A stretch of 60,044 bases of DNA, filler included, from an uncultured bacterium (lineage in GTDB: Bacteria > DAOPZR01): assembly GCA_964637655.1 (NCBI GenBank). It is 4 parts of 4 records of this genome, joined end to end, with 100 filler letters (N's around TTAATTAATTAA, not from the genome) between each part and the next. Parts side by side here need not be neighbours in the genome. Positions count along the whole stretch, not along the records: positions 30,138 to 45,043 come from CAZWUZ010000062.1; positions 45,144 to 60,044 come from CAZWUZ010000063.1; 2 more parts are not named here. The stretch is one strand, 5' to 3'. This document shows, in pieces, positions 36,935 to 45,746 of the stretch. Under the pieces are notes generated by a model, which made no database searches, was not told where the DNA came from, and saw only the letters and a list, made by a program, of their open reading frames with translations. A program made the translations under genes and the position numbers. Numbering within the stretch: position 1 is the first letter of the stretch; every line of letters begins with the position of its first letter.

Positions 36935-38098
36935 ATGGTCAAACCGAAGGTGCTCTACTGCGTTTCGAGTTTCCCGCGCCGCGCGGGTGATGTCGAAGAC
37001 CCATGGCAGGCGGAACTGGTGACACGCCTCGCCGCGCACTGCGACCTGACCGTGCTCGCCCCGGCCTACCGCGGGCTGCGCGACCACGACTGGCAGGGGG
37101 TGCGGGTAAGGCGGTTCCGCTACCTGCCGGCACGGTGGGAGACACTGACGCACGGCGGCGGCGCCTCCGTCAAGGGGCGCACGCCGGGGGGAAAACTGGC
37201 GAGCGTCGCCTACCTGCTGGCGGGACGCACGGCAATGCCCCGCGAACTGCAGCGCGGCGCGTATGACGTGCTGCACCTGCACTGGCCGGTACCACACGCG
37301 CTCTGGCTGTACGGGTTGCCGCGACGCGTGCGCGTCGTGCTCCACTGGTACGGGGTGGAGCTGCCGCTGGCGCGCCGGCTGCCGCTGGGCCTGCCGCTGC
37401 TGCGCTCCGCGCTGCACCGCGCGGACAAAAATATCGCCATCAGCAGCGCCACCGCAGCAGCACTTGCCCCGTTCGCGCCCGTGCCGCCGGACATCATCCC
37501 CTTCGGCATCACCTGCGGCAACGCGGTGGCGCATGTCGAAGACAACCGTCCGACCATCCTGTTCGTCGGGCGGCTGGTCGAGCGCAAGGGAGTGCACGTG
37601 CTGCTGCAGGCCTTCGCGCGCCGGCGCGAGCAGCTGGTCGGCTGGCAGCTGTGCCTCGTCGGCGACGGGCCGCAGCGGCAGGCACTGGAAGTGCTCATGC
37701 ACGGGCTGTTCCTCGGCGAGCAGGTCACCTTCTGCGGCAAGGTGAGCACTGCCGAACTCCGCGCGCGCTATGCCGGGGCGAGCATCTTCGTGCTGCCGGC
37801 GGCCGCCGACCGCGGCGGTGAAAGCGAGGGGCTGGGCGTGGTGCTGCTCGAGGCGCTGCACAACGGCGTCCCGGTCATCGCCTCGCACACCGGCGGTATC
37901 ACCGACATCGTCACCGACGGTGAAACGGGGCTGCTGGTGCCGCCGGGTGACGCGGACGCGCTGGGCGACGCGCTGGTGCGCCTCGCCGGCAACGCGGCGC
38001 TGCGGGCGCGGCTGGCAGCCGCCGGGCAGCAGCGCGTGGCGCGTCAATTCAACTGGGAGAGCATCACCGCCCGCGTCCTCGACGCGTACCGCGGCTGA
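36935..38098 (+). CDS. Glycosyltransferase family 4
   Basis: FVGRLVERKG, EGLGVVLLEA, GGITDIV. Confidence 0.9.
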   Translation: MVKPKVLYCVSSFPRRAGDVEDPWQAELVTRLAAHCDLTVLAPAYRGLRDHDWQGVRVRRFRYLPARWETLTHGGGASVKGRTPGGKLASVAYLLAGRTAMPRELQRGAYDVLHLHWPVPHALWLYGLPRRVRVVLHWYGVELPLARRLPLGLPLLRSALHRADKNIAISSATAAALAPFAPVPPDIIPFGITCGNAVAHVEDNRPTILFVGRLVERKGVHVLLQAFARRREQLVGWQLCLVGDGPQRQALEVLMHGLFLGEQVTFCGKVSTAELRARYAGASIFVLPAAADRGGESEGLGVVLLEALHNGVPVIASHTGGITDIVTDGETGLLVPPGDADALGDALVRLAGNAALRARLAAAGQQRVARQFNWESITARVLDAYRG

Positions 38099-38107
38099 GC
38101 GCTCCGG

Positions 38108-38644
38108 TCAGCGGTTGCCGGCAATCCAGCCGCGCAGGCGCTCCCCGCAATCGTTCGCGTAATCCGGACAGTCGGCATAGCCCGGTGTGCAGCAGATGCC
38201 GCACTTCTCCGGGTTGGCTGACTCCGCCGACGCGCGGGCTTCCGGGCAGGCAATCAGTCCCTTGATACGACAGGGACAGGAGGTGCGGGTCTGTTGCAGC
38301 ACCGCGATGACCGCGTTGAATTCGGCGAGCCGGAACGGCTTGTCGAGTATGCCCAGCACTTCCTTGTGGGACGCCGCCTTCACCCGGTCAGGATGCCGCG
38401 CGGCCGAAATGAGCAGCGTGCGCGGCGGGGTGTGGCCGGCCTTCTCCGCCACCGCCGCCGCGACCGCGAAGCCGTCCAGGCCCGGCATATTGACATCGGT
38501 GATGACCAGATCGGTGGCGGGCGTCAGCGCGGCCAGCATGCTGCCGGGGTCGGTGAATCCGCGCACGCTGTGTCCGGCCGGCGTGAGCATGTCGGCAAGC
38601 ATGGTGACGATATCGTGTTCGTCATCCAGCACGAAAATGTTCAT
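38108..38644 (-). CDS. Response regulator with Cys-rich C-terminal domain
   Basis: VLDDE, TDVNMPGLDG, KPF; tail CPC..C..CGICC....C....C. Confidence 0.82.
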   Translation of the reverse strand: MNIFVLDDEHDIVTMLADMLTPAGHSVRGFTDPGSMLAALTPATDLVITDVNMPGLDGFAVAAAVAEKAGHTPPRTLLISAARHPDRVKAASHKEVLGILDKPFRLAEFNAVIAVLQQTRTSCPCRIKGLIACPEARASAESANPEKCGICCTPGYADCPDYANDCGERLRGWIAGNR

Positions 38645-38661
38645 GCCCGGTTATAACGCTT

Positions 38662-39300
38662 TCAATCGCCCAGCAGTTCCGGGGCGTTGCACAGCGCCTG
38701 GCAGCGTGCGTAGAACTGCCCGACATGCAGCCCGTCAGCCAGCGCGTGATGCACCTGCACCGAGACCGGCAGCGTGGTGCGCCCCGCCGTCTCAGTGAAT
38801 TTGCCCCACGCAATACGCGGCACCGAGTCGGGCGGCGACATGCTGATGGGGGCGACAAACGAGGTGAACGCCACCCACGGGATGCAGGTAATGAAGAGCA
38901 GGTCGTCACGCCCCGGTTCGTCATGCACCGAGGGGGCCGCGGCCGCCGCCTGCCCGGCCCGCTCCGCCGCCGCGCAAAAGGCGGCATAGTCAGCGACATA
39001 ATTCATGGTACAGAACCCGAAGAGGTCGTTCTTCCCCATCACGGTGAACGAGGGGTGCACCACGTCATGCTCGACCACGTCCGTCCCGCGGATGCGGGTG
39101 CGCAGTTCGGGAATGCCGTTGGCCGCTGTCGTCGCGATGTAGAGGAACGCGCGGAAGAGCGATTCCTTGCGCTCCTGCACCCGCTTGCGCAGCGCGGTGA
39201 TATCCACCTGCGCACAGAGCGAAAAATGCGGGAAGTCGAGGTTGCTGAACACCGCGAAATGTTCGCGGCGCGGCCAGGTGGCCATATCGATGGTGCGCAT
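38662..39300 (-). CDS. cat: Chloramphenicol acetyltransferase (CatA-like O-acetyltransferase)
   Basis: W.RREHF, CIPWVAFTS, VPRIAWGKF, HHALADGLH catalytic motif; GGAG RBS. Confidence 0.88.
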   Translation of the reverse strand: MRTIDMATWPRREHFAVFSNLDFPHFSLCAQVDITALRKRVQERKESLFRAFLYIATTAANGIPELRTRIRGTDVVEHDVVHPSFTVMGKNDLFGFCTMNYVADYAAFCAAAERAGQAAAAAPSVHDEPGRDDLLFITCIPWVAFTSFVAPISMSPPDSVPRIAWGKFTETAGRTTLPVSVQVHHALADGLHVGQFYARCQALCNAPELLGD

Positions 39301-40415
39301 CAGGTTCTCCTTCGCGCTGCGGCAATGCGCCGCGCCAGCGCGGGGTGCGAGTAGTAGTACCATTCCTGCCAGCGGGGCGGGTCAGGATCGGCGAGGTTGG
39401 TGTCGCCGAGGCGCTGCAGCGCATCGGCAAACGCGGACGCACGTTCCGGGTCCGCGCAGGCAAACGCGTCCGCCTGCCGCTCGCAGTGCCGGGAATACGC
39501 CGCCTGCAGCGGCTGCGCGATAAGTGCCAGCAGGGCGAAGCCGAGCCAGAGGAGCGGGAACTGCGCGAGGGGCGGCGGCAGCGGCCCGGCGGCGCGCAGC
39601 AGCGCATCCAGCAGCCAGAACTGCACTGCGCTGCCGGCAAACCCGAGCAGCAGCAGGCGCGCGATATGGTGATGGTGGCGATGCCCCAGTTCATGCGCGA
39701 GCACCGCTTCCACTTCCGCCGGCGTGAAACGCGCGACGAGCGTATCCGCCAGCAGCACGCGACGCGCCCTGCCCCAGCCGGTGAAGAGCGCGTTGGCCTT
39801 CTTCGTCTCGCGCCCGAGATCGAACTGCAGCAGCGTACTTTCCCCGAGCCCGGCCGCGCGCAGGAACTGTTCGAGCCGCGTGCGCAATTCACCGTCGGGG
39901 AGCGGGGTCGCTTTGTAGAACAGCGGGATAATGAGCAGCGGCGCCAGTTCCGCCAGCAGCACGGTCAGCAGGAAAAAGAGGATGGCGACCGCCAGCCACC
40001 ACCAGGTGCCGAACAGTTCCATCCCGTACCAGAGCAGCAGGAGCATGCCGGCGGTGAGCACCAGCCCGAGCAGCATCTCCTTGAGCGTGCGCCAGAGGAA
40101 GCGCGCGAGGGTCTGCGCGGCCAGCCCGAAGCGCTGCTCGACCACATGCCCGCTGTAGAGTTTCAGCGGCAGCAGGAATACCCAGGCGAGCAGGTACCAC
40201 GCGGCAAAGTAAAGCGCTGCCCCGCCCCACGTGCCGGCAGCGGCGCGGGAGGCCTCCGCCAGCGGCTCTGCCAGACCGGAGAGGTACGCCAGCAGCGGCA
40301 GCAGTACACCCAGCAGCGTCTGCACCGGCAGCAGCCGGCGGCGGACCGCGGCATACCGCGCCCGGCGCCCCGCGTCAGCGGGTGCGCTCTCTACCTGAGC
40401 GACTGCGTGGGGCAT
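39300..40415 (-). CDS. M48 family (Ste24-like) metallopeptidase
   Basis: NALFTG, LADTL, AHELGH, ERQADAF, YSHP..RI. Confidence 0.9.
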   Translation of the reverse strand: MPHAVAQVESAPADAGRRARYAAVRRRLLPVQTLLGVLLPLLAYLSGLAEPLAEASRAAAGTWGGAALYFAAWYLLAWVFLLPLKLYSGHVVEQRFGLAAQTLARFLWRTLKEMLLGLVLTAGMLLLLWYGMELFGTWWWLAVAILFFLLTVLLAELAPLLIIPLFYKATPLPDGELRTRLEQFLRAAGLGESTLLQFDLGRETKKANALFTGWGRARRVLLADTLVARFTPAEVEAVLAHELGHRHHHHIARLLLLGFAGSAVQFWLLDALLRAAGPLPPPLAQFPLLWLGFALLALIAQPLQAAYSRHCERQADAFACADPERASAFADALQRLGDTNLADPDPPRWQEWYYYSHPALARRIAAARRRT

Positions 40416-41026
40416 GAGTCGACACAGGAGCGGCACTGCAGGCAATCGTCATGCGGCACCGCGCCGGCATCCTTGTAGGCACCGGCATAGGTATCGACCG
40501 GACAGGTCGTGGCGCACGCCCCGCAGGTGACACACGATTCGCCGACGGTTATCCGGTTGCGTTCACCGCCCAGCACCCCCTGCAACGTCCCCATCGGGCA
40601 GAAGGTGCACCAGGTGCGCGGCTGAAAGACCACACCCAGCGGCAGGGCGATGAGCGTGGTCAGCAGGCACATGGTGATGAAGACCGCGCCGATCATCTCC
40701 GCGTCGGTGCCCGCCTGCCAGACGCGCAGCAGCATGAAGGCCATGAGCAGCACGAAGACCGCCCAGCGGAACGACGTCGACTTGAAGAAGGCGGGCACCT
40801 GCCGCCGGCGCGACAGGGGCGCCCAGGCGACTTCGAGAAAAGCGCCGCGCGGACAGAACCAGCCGCACCAGAAGCGCCCGCGGAACACCGCCATGGTCAG
40901 AAAAAAGACCATCATCGCCGCCACGGCATAGCCGAGATAGGGCCAGAACAATCCCCCGATAACGATGACCGGGAGTAACCAGAGGGAAAACCGCTGCCAG
41001 CGGCGGCGCGCGCCGGAATCTGCCAT
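40391..41026 (-). CDS. Membrane 4Fe-4S binding protein (NapH/MauN-like)
   Basis: CGWFCPRG, WCTFCPMG, two CxxCxxCxxxCP clusters. Confidence 0.88.
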   Translation of the reverse strand: MADSGARRRWQRFSLWLLPVIVIGGLFWPYLGYAVAAMMVFFLTMAVFRGRFWCGWFCPRGAFLEVAWAPLSRRRQVPAFFKSTSFRWAVFVLLMAFMLLRVWQAGTDAEMIGAVFITMCLLTTLIALPLGVVFQPRTWCTFCPMGTLQGVLGGERNRITVGESCVTCGACATTCPVDTYAGAYKDAGAVPHDDCLQCRSCVDSCPTQSLR

Positions 41027-41212
41027 GGGTGTATCTCCTTTGCCGCAGACAGTATACTATCACCCGACCCGCCACCGCAAGCACTCATCTTCCTCTCATC
41101 GCGGCTGTGGTACGATTTGACAGGAGCGGCCGGAAGACGTACGCTGCGGGTGGGAGGGGGAAATCCCCATGGCAAGGATAGCGCTGCATACTGCTGTGCC
41201 GGTGGTGTGCCG

Positions 41213-42946
41213 GTGAAAAGCACCGTCACGTTCGCGTTATGCTGCTGCCTGGCGGCGGCAGCGGTTGCCGCCCCGCGCACGGTCATCGTGCAACCGGGCG
41301 AATCGCTGTCGGTGATCGCCGCGCGCGAACTGGGTGACGGCAACCACTATCCGGTCATCGCCGCGCTCAACGGCATCGAACCGCCGTACACCGTCGCCGC
41401 CGGGCGGCGCCTGCTGCTCCCTGACACCGGGACGCCCGCTGTCGTCGCGACACCCGCGACGGCGGCAGTCCCGGCCCCCCTCACGACCCCGCCGCGTACT
41501 GATACTCTGGCCGCCGCCATCGCCCGGGAATTCGTCCTCGAACCGGCGGGTGAGCCGCTGACGCTGACGGCCGCATTGCGGTACGGCCTGCAGCAGAACC
41601 TCGCGCTGCGCCGCGCGCAGTTGTCACCACGTACCGCCGCGACCGGGGTGGAAACCGCCCGGGCCGCGTTCGACCCGCAACTGACGTCGTCCCTCGGGTC
41701 GGACTGGTCGCGCAGCCAGACCGAAACCACGCCCGGCAACTATTCCTCCCGCCGCGACAGCCGTTCGTCCGATTACTCGGTCGGACTGGCGCAGACCCTG
41801 ACGACGGGCACGGAACTGTCGGTAGACCTGTCCGGCGGCCGCAACAGCAGTTCGCCGCGCGGCAGTGCGCCCGACCCGTCCAACAACGCCGCCGTTTCCG
41901 TCGCACTGACGCAGCCGCTGCTCGAGGGCAACGGGCGCGACATCGTCACCGCGGACGTCACCGGTGCCGAATGGGCACTGGCCGCAGCCACCCTCACCGC
42001 GGAGCGCAACGCGCAGACGACCGCCGCCGATATCGCCGCCCGCTACTGGGCGCTGGCGCAGGCGGAGGCGGGTGAGCGCATCGCGCGCCGTTCGCTGGCC
42101 GTCGCCGAGGCGGTGCTCGGGCACAACCGGCACAAGTACGAACTCGGCCTGCTGGCGCGGCTCGAGGTGCTCACCGCGCAGTCGGGGGTCGCCTCGCGCC
42201 GCGAGGCGCTGGTCAACGCCTGCACGGCGCGCCAGAACGCCGCCGAGCAGCTCGCCTTCCTCGTCTGGGGCGAGCACGCCGCCGCCCGGGCGCAGTTCCC
42301 CGCGGCGGTAACGACCCCGCCCGCCGTGGCGGTCCCCCCCGCCATCGACGTACTGGAAGCGCGTGCCCTCACCGTGCGCCCCGATCTTGCCGCCGCCCGC
42401 CGCGACCTCGACGCCGCCGCCCTCGACCTGAAGGTGCGGGCCAACGCGCTGCTGCCGTCGCTCGACCTGACGGGCGCCGCCGGCACCGGCGGCACCGCCG
42501 GGCAGCAGAGCGACGCGTGGGACAATCTCGCGTCAAACCGGCAGCCCGACTGGCGCGTCGGTTTGACACTGAGCATTCCGCTCGGCAACCGCGCCGACCG
42601 GGCGCGCCACGAGGCGGCAGTCATCGCGCTCGAGAGCGAACAGTTGTCACTGACCGCGGCGGAAAACGAGGTCCGGCTCGCCGTGCGCAATGCCCGCCGC
42701 GCGGTCATGCAGGGGCGCGAGCGGCTCACCGCGGCCCGTACCGCGGAAGACCTCGCGCATGAGCGCCTGCAGGGCGAGCTCGACGCCCTCACCCTCGGGC
42801 TCGGCGATACCGTCCGCGTCCTCGATGCGGAACAGGCGGCCGCGGCCGCCGAACAGGCCACCGCGCAGGCGCGCTGTTCGCTTGCCGCCGCGCAGGCCGA
42901 CCTCGCCTCCGTCCTCGGCGAGTATCCCGCCGCACTCACGGAGTAG
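41213..42946 (+). CDS. LysM domain-TolC family outer membrane efflux protein fusion
   Basis: Signal peptide; VQPGESLSVIAARELG...IAALNGI....GRRLLLP (LysM); LTQPLL.G.G, LPSLDL, LSIPLGNR (OEP). Confidence 0.85.
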   Translation: MKSTVTFALCCCLAAAAVAAPRTVIVQPGESLSVIAARELGDGNHYPVIAALNGIEPPYTVAAGRRLLLPDTGTPAVVATPATAAVPAPLTTPPRTDTLAAAIAREFVLEPAGEPLTLTAALRYGLQQNLALRRAQLSPRTAATGVETARAAFDPQLTSSLGSDWSRSQTETTPGNYSSRRDSRSSDYSVGLAQTLTTGTELSVDLSGGRNSSSPRGSAPDPSNNAAVSVALTQPLLEGNGRDIVTADVTGAEWALAAATLTAERNAQTTAADIAARYWALAQAEAGERIARRSLAVAEAVLGHNRHKYELGLLARLEVLTAQSGVASRREALVNACTARQNAAEQLAFLVWGEHAAARAQFPAAVTTPPAVAVPPAIDVLEARALTVRPDLAAARRDLDAAALDLKVRANALLPSLDLTGAAGTGGTAGQQSDAWDNLASNRQPDWRVGLTLSIPLGNRADRARHEAAVIALESEQLSLTAAENEVRLAVRNARRAVMQGRERLTAARTAEDLAHERLQGELDALTLGLGDTVRVLDAEQAAAAAEQATAQARCSLAAAQADLASVLGEYPAALTE

Positions 42947-42950
42947 CCCC

Positions 42951-44144
42951 ATGCGCACCGCGCTCATCGTTCTCCTCGTTCTGCTCGCCGCCGGTGGCGG
43001 CACCTGGTACGCCTGCACCCGCGGCGGCGAGGAGGCTCCCACCGCGCAGACCGCGATGATCGAGGTCGGCGACCTGTTCATCACCGCCAACGCCACCGGC
43101 ACGGTCGCCGCCGACGTGCAGGTCGACGTCAAATCGCGCGCCTCGGGCGAAGTCATCGAGGTGGCGGTCGAAGCGGGTGACACCGTGACTGCCGGCGACC
43201 TGCTGGTGCGGCTCGACCCGACTGACGAGGAGCGCAAACTGCGCGACGTCGAAGCGGCGATGATTTCCGCGCGGGCGCGGCTGGCGCAGGCGGAAGCCGC
43301 GCTCGCCTCCGCGCGCGCGAATTCCGCTGAGGAGCAGGCCAAAGCGGCGCGGCGCGAAGCGGCCTTCGCCGCCGGCCTGGTCTCCGCCGAGGAAGTGCGC
43401 CAGCAGCGCACGGCTGCCGCGGTCTCGCTGCAGACCATCATTCAGCGCGAGGCGGATATCCGCAGCGCCCGCGCCTCGCTCGAGCAGGCGAACCTGACCA
43501 TCGCCGACGCGCAGCAGCGGCTCGCCGAAACGGTCATCCGTGCGCCCGTGGACGGCACGGTGCTGGCGGTCGGCGTGGAGCGCGGCAGCATCGTCTCCTC
43601 GGGAGTCAGCAACGTCGGCGGCGGCAGCGTGCTGCTCACCCTGGCCGACATGGCCAAACTCTTCGTCACCGTCAAACTCGACGAGGCGCAGATCGGCAGC
43701 GTGCGGTCAGCACAGCCCGCAAGCATCCGGGTCGACGCCTACCCGACGCGCACCTTCACCGGCACGGTCGAGCGCGTCACCCCGCTCGGGGTCAGCACGT
43801 CAAACGTCGTCACCTTCGACGTCAAGGTGCTGGTCACTGACGCCGGCGCCGTGCTGCTCCTCCCGGGCATGAGCGCCGACGTCGAGATCACCACCGCCGC
43901 CCACCGCAGTCAGTTGCTCGCCCCCTCCGCCGCCCTGCGCAGTTCGCGCGGCGAACGGTACGTGGTGCTCGCCAGCGGTGATTCGGTCCCGGTAACCACC
44001 GGCGCCACGGATGGCAACAGCACCGTCATCACCGCCGGCCTGCGCGAAGGGGATGAAGTGGTCATCGCCGGCAGCGGCAGCGACCGTGCCCGGGCGAGCG
44101 GCGGGTTCAACCCGTTCGGCGGCATGCGCGGCGGCCGCCGGTGA
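42951..44144 (+). CDS. Efflux membrane fusion protein (MacA-like)
   Basis: [39 protein letters not shown]. Confidence 0.92.
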   Translation: MRTALIVLLVLLAAGGGTWYACTRGGEEAPTAQTAMIEVGDLFITANATGTVAADVQVDVKSRASGEVIEVAVEAGDTVTAGDLLVRLDPTDEERKLRDVEAAMISARARLAQAEAALASARANSAEEQAKAARREAAFAAGLVSAEEVRQQRTAAAVSLQTIIQREADIRSARASLEQANLTIADAQQRLAETVIRAPVDGTVLAVGVERGSIVSSGVSNVGGGSVLLTLADMAKLFVTVKLDEAQIGSVRSAQPASIRVDAYPTRTFTGTVERVTPLGVSTSNVVTFDVKVLVTDAGAVLLLPGMSADVEITTAAHRSQLLAPSAALRSSRGERYVVLASGDSVPVTTGATDGNSTVITAGLREGDEVVIAGSGSDRARASGGFNPFGGMRGGRR

Positions 44145-44854
44145 GCGAACCGGTCATCCGCATCGAGCACCTGGTCAAGCGCTACGGGTGTGCGGATGAC
44201 GAGACCTGCGTGCGCGCCGTGGACGACATTTCGCTGAGCATCGGCGCCGGTGAATCAGCGGCGCTCATCGGGCCGTCCGGGTCGGGCAAATCGACGCTGA
44301 TGCACATTCTCGGCTGCCTCGACCGCCCGACCTCCGGGCGCTACTTCTTCGCCGGGCGCGACATCGCCACCGCGTCGGAGGATGAACTGTCGCGCCTGCG
44401 CAACCGCAGCATCGGGTTCGTCTTCCAGATGTTCCACCTGCTGCCGCGCGCCGACGCCCTCGAAAATGTCGAATTGCCGCTGCTCTACGCGGGGGTGAAG
44501 GACGCCACCCAGCGCGCACGCGACGCGCTCGCCCGGGTCGGACTCGCCGACCGCGCCCGGCACCTGCCCAACCAGTTGTCCGGCGGACAGCGGCAGCGGG
44601 TGGCCATCGCCCGCGCGCTGGTCACCGCCCCGGCAGTGCTGTTCGCAGATGAGCCGACCGGCGCACTCGATTCCCACACCGGCAAGGAGATCCTCGCGCT
44701 GCTCAAGGAACTGAACGCGGCGGGGACCACGCTGATCCTGGTGACGCATGACGCGTCGGTGGCGCGGCACGCACAACGGGTCATCGCCCTGCGCGACGGC
44801 AAAATCGAACAGGACGGCACGCCGGACGCCGTGCTTGGCCCGGTCGCCGCCTGA
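44141..44854 (+). CDS. ABC transporter ATP-binding protein (MacB/LolD type)
   Basis: [35 protein letters not shown]. Confidence 0.95.
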   Translation: MSEPVIRIEHLVKRYGCADDETCVRAVDDISLSIGAGESAALIGPSGSGKSTLMHILGCLDRPTSGRYFFAGRDIATASEDELSRLRNRSIGFVFQMFHLLPRADALENVELPLLYAGVKDATQRARDALARVGLADRARHLPNQLSGGQRQRVAIARALVTAPAVLFADEPTGALDSHTGKEILALLKELNAAGTTLILVTHDASVARHAQRVIALRDGKIEQDGTPDAVLGPVAA

Positions 44855-44918
44855 TGCTCTTCGCTGAACTCCTCCTCACCGCCTTCCGCTCGCTCGCCGC
44901 CAACCGCCTGCGCACCAA
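44854..44918 (+). CDS. Start of a MacB-type ABC permease, broken at the contig end
   Basis: [21 protein letters not shown]; the same 54 bp recurs at 44990-45043. Confidence 0.55.
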
Positions 44919-45043
44919 GCTATGCGCCGCGGCCCGCGGAGCGCGGGCCGCGGCACCTCGTCAGCGCCGGCTGGTGCGGCTGGAGCGTGCCTGATGCTCT
45001 TCGCTGAACTCCTCCTCACCGCCTTCCGCTCGCTCGCCGCCAA

Positions 45044-45143
45044 NNNNNNNNNNNNNNNNNNNNNNNNNNNNNNNNNNNNNNNNNNNNTTAATTAATTAAN
45101 NNNNNNNNNNNNNNNNNNNNNNNNNNNNNNNNNNNNNNNNNNN
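45044..45143. other. Artificial contig linker
   Basis: N-run with TTAATTAATTAA. Confidence 0.97.
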
Positions 45144-45450
45144 AATCCTTTTCGCTGTCATGCGCTTCCGTTTCGCGCAGCGCGGCGCGCGGCGCCCCGC
45201 CCAGCTGCTCGCTGCCGGAGACGAGGAACTGGATGTCGATATACGCGCGGTGCGCTTCCCAGCGCAGCGCTTCCGGCACGGGCTTCGTCGTGTAGCGGCT
45301 GACCAGCGCAAAAACGCGGTCGCTGTCGATATCGTGCCGTCCATCCGGGAGCGCGGCACGGTCAGCGCGGCGCAGGAAGGCAAAGGCGGCGGCAAAACCG
45401 GGATGCAGCGCGGCATAACGGTCCGCGCGGTCGAGTGTGTCGAGGATCAT
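45144..45450 (-). CDS. YhcH/YjgK/YiaL family protein (truncated)
   Basis: MILDTL, WEAHRAYIDIQF..SGSE; GGAGG RBS. Confidence 0.9.
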
Positions 45451-45493
45451 GGCAACCTCCTGCGGCAACCTTACCTGCGGCGGCGGGACGCGT

Positions 45494-45678
45494 CAACCAC
45501 AGGACGTGGTGCATGTCGCAGCCGCCACGGATGGCTCAGGCTGCGGCCAACCACACGAGGTGGTGCATGCCGCAGCTGCTACGGATGGCTCAGGCTGCGG
45601 CCAACCCCCGGTGGTGCATGCCGCAGCTGCTACGGATGGCTCAGGCTGCGGCCAACCCACGGTGTTGTATGCCGCGGG
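45494..45678. repeat. Tandem repeat, about 3.4 copies of a 51-54 bp hairpin-forming unit
   Basis: CAACC..GTGGTGCATGCCGCAGCTGCTACGGATGGCTCAGGCTGCGGC units start at 45494, 45548, 45602, 45653. Confidence 0.9.
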
Positions 45679-45746
45679 CAGAGGGGAACGACGGGCACGC
45701 CCGCGCGTTGACGCGGCGCGCGGCGGGGTGGTAGGATGCATGCACC

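Noticed and set aside
44850-45043. 54-bp direct repeat of the permease start around a GC-rich palindrome, as a possible insertion with target duplication
   Set aside because: Sits at the extreme contig end and truncates the permease; most likely an assembly artefact
45494-45678. CRISPR array or repeat-protein ORFs (45435-45734, 45437-46039)
   Set aside because: No unique spacers; the ORFs overlap the starts of both flanking real genes
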